Below the pieces are notes generated by a model, which saw only the letters and a list, made by a program, of their open reading frames with translations, was not told the DNA's origin and searched no databases. From NCBI RefSeq assembly GCF_963921235.1, contig NC_086097.1, positions 78,804,001 through 78,868,000 on the forward strand: DNA of 64,000 bases, in the 5' to 3' direction. This document shows, in pieces, positions 48,171 through 60,494 of the stretch (positions are counted from its first letter, which is position 1; every line of letters begins with the position of its first letter). A program made the translations under genes and the position numbers. The stretch comes from Mobula hypostoma. Its lineage: Eukaryota.

Positions 48171-49364
48171 ATTTAACAAAAGACTTATTTTAAACAATAA
48201 GCCCAAACAATAAATGTAAAAGAATAACTCATCATAACTAAACAAATGAACAGAGTTTTTAAATAAATATAGTATTTTTTAACTTACTGACTTCACAAAT
48301 CTGGAGTCTAGACTCCATACTGCCAAGTAAAGTGGAATAATTGAAACTTGCTTCTCTCAGAAGTCAGGAATGGGTAAGTGCAGCATTCTTGAAGGTGACA
48401 AACTGGAGGTCTTAGGAGTTGGTAGGGCCAAGGCTATGGAAGGATTTCAAAACAAATGTAATTTTTAAACTTTTGGATAAACAGGGTAGTAGGTTTGGAA
48501 TTCAAATGTGAACTGCAGTTTCAGTTCAATACAATCATGTCTTTATCTCATGGTCATAATAGGAACCTTTGAGGTAGGTCACATGGTAATAATCTATCAC
48601 AGAAGCACTTGCTAACTTCCATGTCTGAGACGTGGTAAATGCCGTAGTTACATTCGGCCTATTCAGAACCACAAGCCTCAAAACTCCGACTCACCAAGCA
48701 ATCTTAAAACAACAGAGTTCCTTTAAATTCTACACATGACTTTGTCAAAGACAACAATCAAATTTAGTAAAGATAAAGCCCAGTTCTCATAGGACATTCC
48801 CCAAAGAACCGAATTCACCATTCATCAAAATAACAATGAAAGAGGAAAAATTCTCGTTGAGAATTCCAGTTTTAATTAAAATATTGAGTGCCTTCCTTTC
48901 CATTACTTTCATTGAAATTTTGTTAAACCCGATCTGAGACCATTTTGTTCCCTCTTTTGCCCCTTTGGTGAAGCCAAGGGGAGGATCTGTCTATATCCAA
49001 GACTGGGTATGACTATTTCAAGTAAGGATATTAATTAGGATACAAGTTAGTTGTAAGATGGCCAGCCAGGACCATACTCTTCCCTCTAAGCTTGTAGTAA
49101 CACCCATCTGCTGATGTTTTTCTTCTAAAAGGGCATAAGCTTTTGGACAAAGCTTTTCCTAACTTCATCCTCTTGTTGAGCCCAGCTTAAGTTCTCTTTG
49201 CTTAAATGTCAAGAAAATAGCATAACGCTTAAGTCAATGAACCAGTGACACATATCCAAACTGGTTTATAAAATAAATAAAGAAATTTAGTGTCCGTAGT
49301 CATGACTCTGAAACTTCCAAACAGTGATTAAAATCTTATTCCATTACTTCACTAACGTGTTATT

Positions 49365-50260
49365 AAACATAAAACATAGAACATAGAAATCTACAGCACA
49401 TTACAAGCCCTTCAGCCCACGATGTTGTGCCGACCATGTAACCAACTCTAGAAACTGCCTAGAATTTCCCTTGCACATAGCCATCTATATTCCTAAGCTC
49501 CATGTAACTCTCTAAGAGGCTCTTAAAAGACCCTTTTGTATCTGCTTCCACCACCGCCGCTGGCAGTGCATTCCACGTACCCACCACTCTCGCTGTGAAA
49601 AACTTACCTCCTGACATCCCCTCTGTAACCTATTTACAAGCACCTTAAAACTATGCCCCCACGTGTTAGCCATTTCAGCCCTGGGAAAAAGCCTCTGGCT
49701 ATCCACACGATCAATGTCCCTCATCATCTTATAAACCTCTATCAGGTCACCTCTCATTCTCCGTCACTCCAAGGAGAAAAAGCCGAGTTCACTCAACCTA
49801 TTCTCATAAGGTATGCCCTCCAATCCAGACAACATCCTTGTAAATCTCCTCTGCACTCTCTTGATAATATTTACATTCTTCCTGTACTGAGGTGACCAGA
49901 ACTGAACACAGTACTCCAAGTGAGGTCTTAAATAGCTGTAATATTACCTCACAGCTCTTGAACTCAATCCACGGTTAATGAATGCTAACGCACCATACGC
50001 CTTCTTAACACTGTCAACCTGTGCAGCAACTTTGAGTGTCCTATGGACACGAACCCCAAGATCTCTCAGATCCTCTACACTGCCAAGTGTCTAACCATTT
50101 ATATTATATTCTGTCTTCAAATTGGACCTACAAAAATGAACCACTTCACACTTATCTGGTTGAACTCCATCTGCCACTTCTCAGCCCAGTTTTGCATCCT
50201 ATCAATGTTGTGCTGTAACCTCTGACAACCCTCCAGACTATCCACAACACTCCCAACCCC
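49365..50260 (-). mobile_element. CR1 3' fragment with short tandem tail
   Basis: MRGDLIEVYKMMR (49512..49757); catagaa repeats at 49365-49390. Confidence 0.88.
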
Positions 50261-50374
50261 CAGCCTATTGGTGATGGAGATCCATCGTCCTAGTCAACTT
50301 TAGGTAACTGTTGTTTTGTAACTGCTCACAGTAATGACCTACTGCAATAATAAGAAGCACAACTCAAATGCCTT

Positions 50375-51245
50375 TTAAAAATTTGCTGTTGACACAACTA
50401 TTGTTGACAGAATTTCAGGTGTGACGAGAAGGTGTACAGGAGTGAGATAGATCAGCTGGTTGAGTGGTGTTGCAACAGCAATCTGGCACTCAGCGTCAGG
50501 AAGACCAAGGAGTTGATTATGGACTTCGGGAAAGGAACACAATACATTCCTCATCAAGAGATCACCAGTAGAAAGGGTGAGCAATTTCAAGTTTCTGAGT
50601 GTCAACATCCCTGGAGATTTATCCTGGGCCCAATATATTGATGCAGTTACAAAGAAGGCACAACAGTGGCGATATTTCATTAGGAGTTTGAGGGGATTTG
50701 TTATGTCGTCTAAGATTCTAGTAAATTTCTATAAATGTACCAAAAAGAGCACGCTGACTGGTTGCATCCACTCTCTAGCATAGATGGCCCTCTCATAGAA
50801 TCTGAAAAAGCTGCGGGAAGTTGCAAATTCAGCCAGTTCCATCATGGGCACTAGCCTCCCCAGCATCGAGGACACCTTCAAAAGGCGATGCCTGAAAAAG
50901 CTGCCGTCCATCATTAAGGAACCCCATCAGTAAGGACATGCTGTCCTCTCATTGCTCATTGCTGCCATCAGCGAGGAGGTACAAGAGCCTAAAGACGCAC
51001 CCTTAATGCTTTAAGAACAGCTTCTTCCCCCTTGCCATCAGAATTCTGAATGAACAATGAACCCATGTACACTACCTGACTATTTTGTTTTCTCTCTCTC
51101 TTTTTGTACTACTTATATAAGTTAATTTTTTTATATCTACTTCTTATTGTAATTGATTGTTTCTTAAATTATGTATTGCACTTCTTCTGTGGCCGCAGAA
51201 CAACACATATCACAACATATATCAGAAATATTAAACTGATTCTGA
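50375..51245 (+). mobile_element. Rex1/Babar-type LINE 3' fragment
   Basis: YRSEIDQLVEWC..NLALSVRKTKELIMDF; FKFLSVNI..DLSW..KKAQQ; its 3' UTR matches 46370-46450. Confidence 0.85.
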
Positions 51246-52034
51246 TATAGCTATTTATCACGTCATCAGTAAAGGTTACTGGAATTTCAGACTCTAGAAT
51301 AATACCTATGGTATCAGATCAGACATGAACAAGGAATTCTCATGTCAAATGCCACATTGCTCCTTCCCTCAGCTGAAGAATCAGTACTCAGTGTTGAGTA
51401 CATTTGGTAGAGGTTTTGAGGGTAACAAGGGCATTGAGAAACAAGAGTGCAGAATAGGCCTGAAGCTGAGAGCAGCTCAATAATACACCATTGACAGAGC
51501 TGTCAGATTTCAGATAGTGATAGGAGTCACTTTAAGCCTGTCATAGGTTGCTAAGTGCACCAGGACAAGGGAAACGCTGTTTCTCTGTAAACCAATTCTG
51601 TCTCATATTTTCCATGGATCTTTGGTAACTTAACAAGAGTACAAATGACAACAACAGCGAGAAGTTAAGTGTTTTGGTCGTGGTTTTCTGATAAACTGTT
51701 GGAACATTTCTTGTAAAGGGCAATATTTATTTTTGTTAGATTGGATGCAGCATCAGCCTTTATTGTGAAATCAGTTATTGATTCTACTTAAATTTCCTTG
51801 TACAGAGGATGTTTTCTGAAAATGGCAAAGGTTGGCAGAGAGCTTATCAGACAAAAGGAATGGAGCTTCAGAGATCCGATAAGGTTGTCTGCTAAAAATT
51901 AATGTAATTAAAGTTCAGCAGTAGTTCACATTTTGCAGGCTTCTGGTAGCAACATGAACATTTGGCATAAGTGCTAGCAAAATTTATTGCTTTATTCATA
52001 ATCTCGTAAGGCTCTGGTACAGAGTGGCTATTCT

Positions 52035-52358
52035 TAAGCAACACACAAAATGCCAGAGGAATTCAGCATGTCAGGTCCATGGAAGTGAACTGTCAATGTT
52101 TTAGGCCAAAACCCTTCTTCAGTACTGGAAAGGAAGGGGGAAGATGCCAGAATCATTTTTAACTCCTCTGTACTCCATGACTTTTGTTAACGGAGTGAGT
52201 AAATAAAATTTTACAGAAAATCAAAGCAATTGTAGACGCTGGAAATCTAAAATAAAAACAGAAAATCCCAATCACAAGAAAGTCTGCAGATGCTGGAAAT
52301 CCAAAGCAACACATAGGAACTCAGCAGGTCAGGCAGCATCTATGGAAATGAATAAACA
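52035..52358 (-). mobile_element. PLE pLTR fragments; the last is split by a CR1 and resumes at 54208-54425
   Basis: ctgcagatgctggaaatcc...ctcagcaggtcaggcagcatctatgg modules; degenerate hammerheads at 52090-52127 and 54208-54245. Confidence 0.75.
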
Positions 52359-54211
52359 TAGAAACATAGAAACATAGAAAATAGGTGCAGGAGTAGGCCA
52401 TTTGGCCCTTCGAGCCTGCACCACCATTCAGTATGATCATGGCTGATCATCCAACTCAGAACCCTGTACCAGCCTTCCCTCCATACCCCCGATCCCTTTA
52501 GCCACAAGGGCCATATCTAACTCCCTCTTAAATATAGCCAATGAACTGGCCTCAACTGTTTCCTGTGGCAGAGAATTCCACAGATTCACCACTCTCTGTG
52601 TGAAGAAGTTTTTCCTAATCTCAGTCCTAAAAGGCTTCCCCTCTATCCTCAAACTGTGGCCCCTCGTTCTGGACTTCCCCAACATCGGGAACAATCTTCC
52701 TGCATCTAGCCTGTCCAATCCCTTTAGGATCTTATATGTTTCAATCAGATCCCCTCTCAATCTTCTAAATTCCAACGAGTACAAGCCCAGTTCATCCAGT
52801 CTTTCTTCATATGAAAGTCCTGCCATCCCAGGAATCAATCTGGTGAACCTTCTTTGTACTCCCTCTATGGCAAGGATGTCTTTCCTCAGATTAGGGGACC
52901 AAAACTGCACACAATACTCCAGGTGTGGTCTCACCAAGGCCTTGTACAACTGCAGTAGTACCTCCCTGCTCCTGTACTCGAACTCTCTTGCTATGAATGC
53001 CCGCATACCATTCGCCTTTTTCACCGCCTGCTATACCTTCATGTCCAATTTCAATGACTGGTGTATAATGACACCCAGGTCTCGTTGCACCTCCCCTTTT
53101 CCAAATCAGCCACCATTCAAATAATAATTTGTTTTCCTGTTTTTGCCACCAAAGTGGATAACTTCACATTTATCCACATTAAATAGCATCTGCCATGAAT
53201 TTGCCCACTCACCCAACCTATCCAAGTCACTCTGCATCCTCGTAGCATCCTCCTCACAGCTAACACTGCCACCCAGCTTCGTGTCATCCGCAGACTTGGA
53301 GATGCTGCATTTAATTCCCTCATCCAAGTCATTAATATATATTGTAAACAACTGGGGTCCCAGCACTGAGCCTTGCGGTACCCCACTAGTCACCGCCTGC
53401 CATTCTGAAAAGGTCCCGTTTATTACCACTCTTTGCTTCCTGTCTGCCAACCAATTTTCAATCCACATCAATACCTTACCCCCAATACTGTGTGCTTCAA
53501 GTTTGCACACTAATCTCCTGTGTGAGACCTTGTCAAAAGCCTTTTGAAAATCCAAATATACCACATCCACTGGTTCTCCCCTATCCACTCTACTAGTTAC
53601 ATCCTCAAAAAATTCTATGAGATTTGTCAGACATGATTTTCCTTTCATAAATCCATGCTGACTTTGTCCGATGATTTCACCGCTTTCCAAATGTGCTGTT
53701 ATCACATCTTTGATAACTGACTCTAGCATTTTCCCCACCACCGATGTTAGGCTAACCGGTCTATAATTCCCCGGTTTCTCTCTCCCTCCTTTTTTAAAAA
53801 GTGGGTTACATTAGCCACCCTCCAATCCTCAGGAACTAGTCCAGAATCTAACGAGTTTTGAAAAATTATCACTAATGCATCCACTATTTCTTGGGCTACT
53901 TCCTTAAGCACTCTGGGATGCAGACCATCTGGCCCTTGGGATTTATCTCCCTTCAATTTACCTAACACCACTTCCCTACTAACATGTATTTCCCTCAGTT
54001 CCTCCATCTCACTAGACCCTCTGTCCCCTACTATTTCTGGAAGATTATTTATGTCCTCCTTAGTGAAGACAGAACCAAAGTAGTTATTCAATTGGTCTGC
54101 CATGTCCTTGTTCCCCATAATCAATTCACCTGTTTCTGTCTGTAGGGGACCTACACTTGTCTTAACCAATCTTTTTCTTTTCACATATCTATAAAAGCTT
54201 TTACAGTCAGT
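52354..54211 (-). mobile_element. Young 5'-truncated CR1 LINE with (TTTCTATG)n tail
   Basis: Long ORFs 53747..54316, 53106..53741 and 52437..53024 with VYLDFQKAFDKV, GVPQGSVLGP, ADDTKL, VRPHLEYCVQFWSP; three 8-bp tail repeats. Confidence 0.95.
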
Positions 54212-55019
54212 CGACATTTTGAGCCGAGACCCTTCTGCAGGACTGAAGAAGAAAACAGAAAATGCTGGAAATATTCGAAAGATTACTACGGGTCCTACCT
54301 TAGGGTCCCAGCCCAAAACGTCAACTGTGCTTTTTTTCCATAGATGCTGCCTGACCTGCTGTGTTCCTCCAGCATTTTGTGTGTGTTGCTTGGATTTCCA
54401 GCATCTGCAGGTTTTCTCTTGTTTGTGAGAAGATTATCACTGTTCCATTTTCAATATTGTTACCAAATCTTAAAACTGATTGAGGTTATAGGCCACTTGC
54501 AAGAGTACAAATAGGCGCAGTTGGCCTCTTGTGCATTTGTGTCATTCTACCTGTGCTAATGGTATCTACCAGTTCAGGGACAAATAAAAGTCGAGCTTTA
54601 CTGAGGGTGCCCTGCATATGTGTTATCACAAGAGCAAACATTTGTACTTTAAAATATTTGCAAGGTGTTGGTATTGCAGTCAGGCTTGGGGAAGATTTTG
54701 TTCTATTGATGTGCCCATCAGTGAAGCAATAAAATAATTGTAATTCCTGGTTAAGTTTATTGTGCCATCTCAATCAGATTATTTGTTATCTGTTACTCAC
54801 TGTTTTGTAATTTTGTAACCTTGTAATGAATATGTGATATAATTGACTGAAATCTCGAGGAACCTCACTCAGATTGTGGATTTTGAATTCCAGTATATAA
54901 TATGAGACAGATCTTAAGTACTTACTCTGCAGTGAGGGAATGGTCAGCTGGTATATAGAGTTTACACACAGTCTTAAAAAACCTAACAGCAGACCTAATA
55001 ATGGTATTTATTTGACATT

Positions 55020-55390
55020 ATTCTGAAGTTCCCCTCATGTTCCCCTTAAATATTTCACGTTTCACCCTTAACCCATGATCTCTAGTTTTTGGATGGAACT
55101 ACAAGTAAAAGTTGTAGATTAAGGGTGAAAGGTGAAAATTTTAAGGGGAACACGAGGGGAAACTTCTTCACTCAGAGGGTTGAGAGAGTGTGGAATGAGC
55201 TGCCAGAGCAAGTGATGCACGCGAGCTCGGTTTCCACATTTAAGAGAAGTTTAGATACGTACATGGATGGTTGTGGTATGGAGGTCTAAGGTCCCAGTGC
55301 AAGTTGATGGAAGCAGGCAGTTCAACCGGTCTGGCATGAAGTAGATGGGCCAAAGGGCCTGTTTCTGTGCTGTACTTTTCTAAGACTCTA
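55020..55390 (+). mobile_element. CR1 3' end fragment
   Basis: RGNFFTQRVERVWNELP (55089..55289). Confidence 0.75.
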
Positions 55391-55854
55391 CAAGCATTCA
55401 AGCTGCCTCCTGACCTGACCACTACCTGAGATGTTAGGCAAGTCTATCCTTTGTCCTCTTTCTTTCTCCTCACTTCCACTTTTTAAATTCTTACTGTTTT
55501 AGTTTATTTTATTTAGAGATATGGTGTTGAATAGGTCCTTCTGGCCCTTCAAGCCACGCCACCTATCAACCCCCAATTTACGCAACACACATCAAAGTTG
55601 CTGGTGAATGCATTTACCCTTGATCTCATCACAGGACAATTTATTGTGAGTGTTTCAAGTCAGTGGAGCCATTACCAACTGTCCAAATTAAAAGTGCCAG
55701 CTCCTTGGTTTTCTCCTTGAATTCTCGAGGTGTTTCTGTCTTCATTTTTCTATGAAAGGTATCTGGGTTTCTAAATGTTTCCAACTAATCTGTTTTTATT
55801 TCATATTTCCAGCATCTATAGTTTACTTGCTTTGTGACCCATTAACTAGAACAC

Positions 55855-56640
55855 AAAATAATCTGCAGATACTGCGGTCAAAGCAACACTCACAACACGC
55901 TGGAGGAACTCAGCAGGTCGGGCAGCATCCGTGGAAAAGATCGGTCGACGTTTCGGGCCGGAACCCTTCGTCAGGACTGTAGGGGGAAGGGGTAGAGGCC
56001 CTGTAAAGAAGGTGGGGGGAGGGTGGGAAGGAGAAGGCTGGTAGGTTCCAGGTGAAAAACCAGGAACGAGAAAGATAAAGGGGTGGGAGAGGAGAGGCAG
56101 GGAGGTGATAGGCAGGAAAGGTGAAGAAAGAATAGGGGAAAACTCAATGGGTAGTAGAAGGAGGCAGAACCATGAGGGAGGTGGTAGGCATCTGGGGGAG
56201 GGGGCAGAGTGACATGAGGCTCCGCTTCATCGAGCACCTCCGCTCCGTCCACCAAAACAGACAGGATCTCCCAGTAGCCACCCACTTCAACTCTGCTTCC
56301 CATTCCCGTTCAGATATGTCCATACATGGCCTCCTCTACTGCCATGATGAGGCTAAACTCAGGTTGGAGGAGCAACACCCCATATACCGTCTAGGTAGCC
56401 TCTAGCATCTTGGTATGAACATAGAATTCTCCAACTTCCGGTAATTCCCTCCCCCTCCCTTCCTCTATCCCTATTTCACTCTGTCCCCTCCCCCAGCTGC
56501 CTATCACCTCCCTCATGGTTCCACCTCCTTCTACTACCCATTGTGTTTTCCCCTATTCTTTCTTCACCTTTCCTGCCTGTCACCTCCCTGCCTCCCCTCC
56601 CCCGCCCCTTTATCGTTCCCCTTACTGGTTTTTCACCTTG
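55855..56640. mobile_element. PLE fragment with inverted duplication (pLTR on minus, GIY-YIG C-terminus and partial pLTR on plus)
   Basis: 56050-56212 is inverted relative to 56476-56638; ORF 56172..56405 RFIEHLRSV...RLEEQH. Confidence 0.88.
55943..55979 (-). ncRNA. Minimal type-I hammerhead ribozyme, core intact
   Basis: CAGUC-CUGACGA-A-GGGU(UCCG)GCCC-GAAA-CG-UC-GACCG. Confidence 0.82.
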
Positions 56641-57059
56641 TGAGTGTTCCATTAACTATAATATTCTTTCTGATAATCTGGACTCTGAAATGGGCTAGAA
56701 TCTGCTATGGCAGGGCATTTCTTTTATCTTGGACACTCCCTCATGATCAAAGATGTCTTGTTCCATCTTAGTTCCATGGGTACTGAAGTGACTGATGAAT
56801 CCTATACTGGATCCACACTATGTGCTGGGGTGAGACAGGCACTACCCAACTGAGTGGGTATCTGGACTAACACCTCTGCAGAACTAGAATAGGTGAGATA
56901 ATAGTAGCTGAAGTAGCACAAAAAGGAGGGTATCTTCTTAACTAATCGGCTTGAAAGATTAGGAAATATACAGAGGGTGAATTCAATGTCAAATCAGGTA
57001 AAGCCTTATAATTAAAGTGAAAGAATTACTTGATTACGAGAGGGAAAAGATGGAAAGGG

Positions 57060-59405
57060 AGGGTAAATAGAGCCATAGTATCACAGGAAATGCACACATG
57101 GATTGAAGATTGGCTGATTGGCAGGATGCAAAAAAATGGGAATAAAGGGGGTCTTTTCAGGTTGGCTGCCAGTGACGAGTGGTGTTCCACTTCTTTTAAC
57201 GTTACCTGTCAATGGTTTGGATGACGGAGTTGATGGTTTTGTGGCCAAGTTTGTCGCTGATATAAAGGTAGGTGGAGGGGCAGGCAGTGTTGAAGAAGCA
57301 GGGACTCTGCAGAAGGATGGATGTAGATTAGAAGAATGGGCAAAGAAGTGGCAGATAGAATACAGTGTAAGGACTTGTATGGTCATGCACTTCAGTAGAA
57401 AGATTATAGGTATAGAATATTTTCTAAATGGGGAGCAAATTCAGAATTCAAAATGGGGTCCCAGTGCAGGACTCCTTAAAGATTAAATTGTAATTGAGTC
57501 GGTACTAAGGAAGGCAAATGCAATGTAAGCATTCATATCAAAAGAATGTGAATGTATTTCATACTGGAATACAAAAGTAAGTTAGCCAATAATATTAAAG
57601 AGGATCCCAAAAGTTTATTCAGATACTTATAGTGTAAAAGAGAGGCAAGAATGGATATTGGACCATTGGAAAACGATGCTAGAGAAGTAATAATGGAGGA
57701 TAAGGAAATGGTAGGCAAACTGAACAAGTATTTTGCATCAGTCTTCACAGTAGAAGACATTAGCTGTATGGTGGAAGTTCCAGGTACCAGGAGTCATGAA
57801 GTGTGTGAAGTTACCGTAACTAGAGAGAAGGTTCTTGGGAAACTGGAAGGTCTGAAGGTAGATAAGTCACCCGGACCAGATGGTGTACATCTCAGGATTC
57901 TGAAAGAGGTGGCTGAAGAGATTGTGGAGGCATTAGTAATGATCTTTCAAGAACCACTAGATTCTGAAAAGGTTCTGGAAGACTGGAAAATTGCAAATGT
58001 AACTCTACTCTTCAAGAAGGCAGAGAGGAAAAAGAAGGAAACTATAGGCCAGTTAGTCTGATCTCAGTGGTTTGGAAGATGGTGGAGTCGATTATTAAGG
58101 ATGAGGTCTCAGGGTACTTGGAAGTACATGATAAAATAGGCCGTGGACTTTAGGGTTTCCTCATGGGAAAATCTTGTCTGACAAATCTGTGGAATTCTTT
58201 GAAGAATTAACAAGCAGGATAGACAAAGGAGAATCAGGTGATGTTGTGTAATTTGGTTTTTCAGAAGGCCTTTGACATGGTGCCAAACATGAGGCTGCTT
58301 AACAAGCTATGGGCCTATCGTATTACAAGAAAGATCCTAATGTGGATAAAGCAGTGGCTGATTGGCAGTGAGGCAAAGAGTGGGAATAAAGGGGGCTGCC
58401 AGTGACTAGTGGTGTTTCACAGGGGCCTATGTTGGGACTGTTCTTTTTTCATTTAATATCAATAACTTGGATGATGGAATGATGGATTTAATGCAAAGTT
58501 TGCAGATGATATGAAGATAGATGGAAGGGCAGGTAGTTTTGGGGAAATAGAGAGGCTACAGAAGGATTTAGACAGACTAGGAGAATGGGCAAAGAAATGG
58601 CAGATGGAATACAGTGTTGGGAAGTGTATGGTCATGCACTTTGGTTAAAGAAATGAAAGGGTTGGCTACTTTCTAAATGGAGAGAAAATACAAAAAATTT
58701 AGGTGCAGAGGGACTTGGGAGTCCTTGTACAGAATTCTCAAAAGGTTACTTTGCAGGTTGAGTCTGTGGTGAGGAAGGCAAATGCAATGTTAGCATTCAT
58801 TTCAAGAGGACTAGAATATAAAAGCAAGGACATAATGTTGAGACTTTATAAAGCATTGGCGAGGCCTCACTTGGAGTATTGCGAGCAGGTTTAGCCCTTT
58901 ATCTTAGAAAGGATGAGCTGAAACTGGAGAGGGTTCAAAGGAGGTTCACGAAAATGATTCCAGGATTGAATGGCTTGTCAAATGAAGAGCGTTTGATAAC
59001 TCTGAAGCCTGCATTCACCAGAATTCAGAAGAATGAGAGGTGACCCCATTGAAACTATCCAATAGTGTAAGGTCTTTATAGTGTGTAAGTGGAGAGGACG
59101 TTCCCTGTATTGGTAGAGTCTAAGACCAGAGAACACAGCCTCAGAATAGAAGGATGTCCTTCTAGAATGGAGATGAGGTGGAGAGGTGAATCTGTCGAAT
59201 TCTTTGCCACAGATGGCTGGGAAGCCAAGTCACTGGATATATTTAAAGTGGAGGTTGATATGTTCTTGATTAGTCAGGGCATCAAAGGTTACAGCGATAA
59301 GGCAGGAGAATGGGGTTGAGAGGAATAATAAATCAGCCATGATGGAATGGCAGAGCAAACTTGATGGTGTAAATGAGATAATTCTGCTCCTATGCCTTAT
59401 GGTCT
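57060..59405 (+). mobile_element. Two adjacent degenerate CR1 fragments (about 57060-57540 and 57560-59405)
   Basis: WLPVTSGVP; DKSPGPDGVH..ILKE; WKIANVTLLFKK; LYKALARPHLEYC. Confidence 0.9.
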
Positions 59406-59964
59406 AATAAAGCTTGAAAATTAACATTTGACACTTTTCAAAATACTCCATGTCAATAGATTAATTGAGGAATTGATATTTCACATTCACAACAATTAAG
59501 TTTTGGTGCCAGAAAGATTGAACATTCAACTTTTCTCGGGTCTGTACACTATTCTCCTTTAGTATCTGCACCAAAGTGTATTTGTACATACCTCACCAAC
59601 TTCAGGATATTCTTTGCAAGTTAGTGGTGAGGTAGTCAGTCAGATGCTGCTTCTGTGAAGCCCACATTAGAGTGGCACAACATTGGATATCCATATTTAA
59701 AGATATGTATGCTCTTCACTGAACATGGCTTATCATTCAGTGCCAACAATAAAATGACCAGCAGTTGGAATAATAATGTACTGTGCTCTTTTATTGGGGA
59801 ACTGTTCGTCAACATTTGGCATCTGTTATCAACAGACATAAAGCACTCAACCTCACTGTTGCAAGGGGTTGATATTTATTTTAATGCTGGTGTATAGATG
59901 TTGGAATTGTGGTATACACCCCAAAACAGTGACAACAGCCTATTTATGTAACACTATTCACATA

Positions 59965-60490
59965 GTTGGTTGGTTGGTTGGCATCCGCCTGTCTTGGAGG
60001 AAAATGGGTGATCATCATCATCTCAAACCTGGGCGGAAGGTATGGAGACCCTGACATGCCCGGTCGTCAAGATCCCCCTCTTGGCCTCACCATGCAGCCC
60101 AAATGAAAGTTCATGAAGCAATACGTTTGGCACCAGCTTGGCTGACGGAAGGATGTTCAATGATGTCCAGCCTCCTTAGGGGCTCCACTCCGGATTTGCT
60201 GTCTGGGTTCACTCCCATAGCCATCGTCTCTCCTGAGGCTGCCCACAAGACAGTGAGGCTATTTACCCATAGCTGGGGATCTGGTTCACGAGTACCAGGG
60301 TGTGTCCACGCGCCAGTGGGCCTGTGCGCTATGTGAGCAGGGGCCAAACCTCCTCTCCATCCTCTGTAGTTCAGCCTGAGTCCGAAAGGAGTTTGATTTA
60401 CGTGTGTCGCCAGCAAGGAGGCACTACATGAGGCTTGCTGTTGGAGAGGTTATGTACTGGCAGGGAAAGACTTACACATTCAGCTCTTCA
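59965..60490 (-). mobile_element. RTE-derived non-autonomous element
   Basis: Homologous to 23440-23640; ends in an (AACC)n tail on the minus strand (gttggttgg at 59965-59980). Confidence 0.55.
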
Positions 60491-60494
60491 TTCA

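Noticed and set aside
52600..53547. Long plus-strand ORFs
   Set aside because: Antisense to a young CR1 RT.
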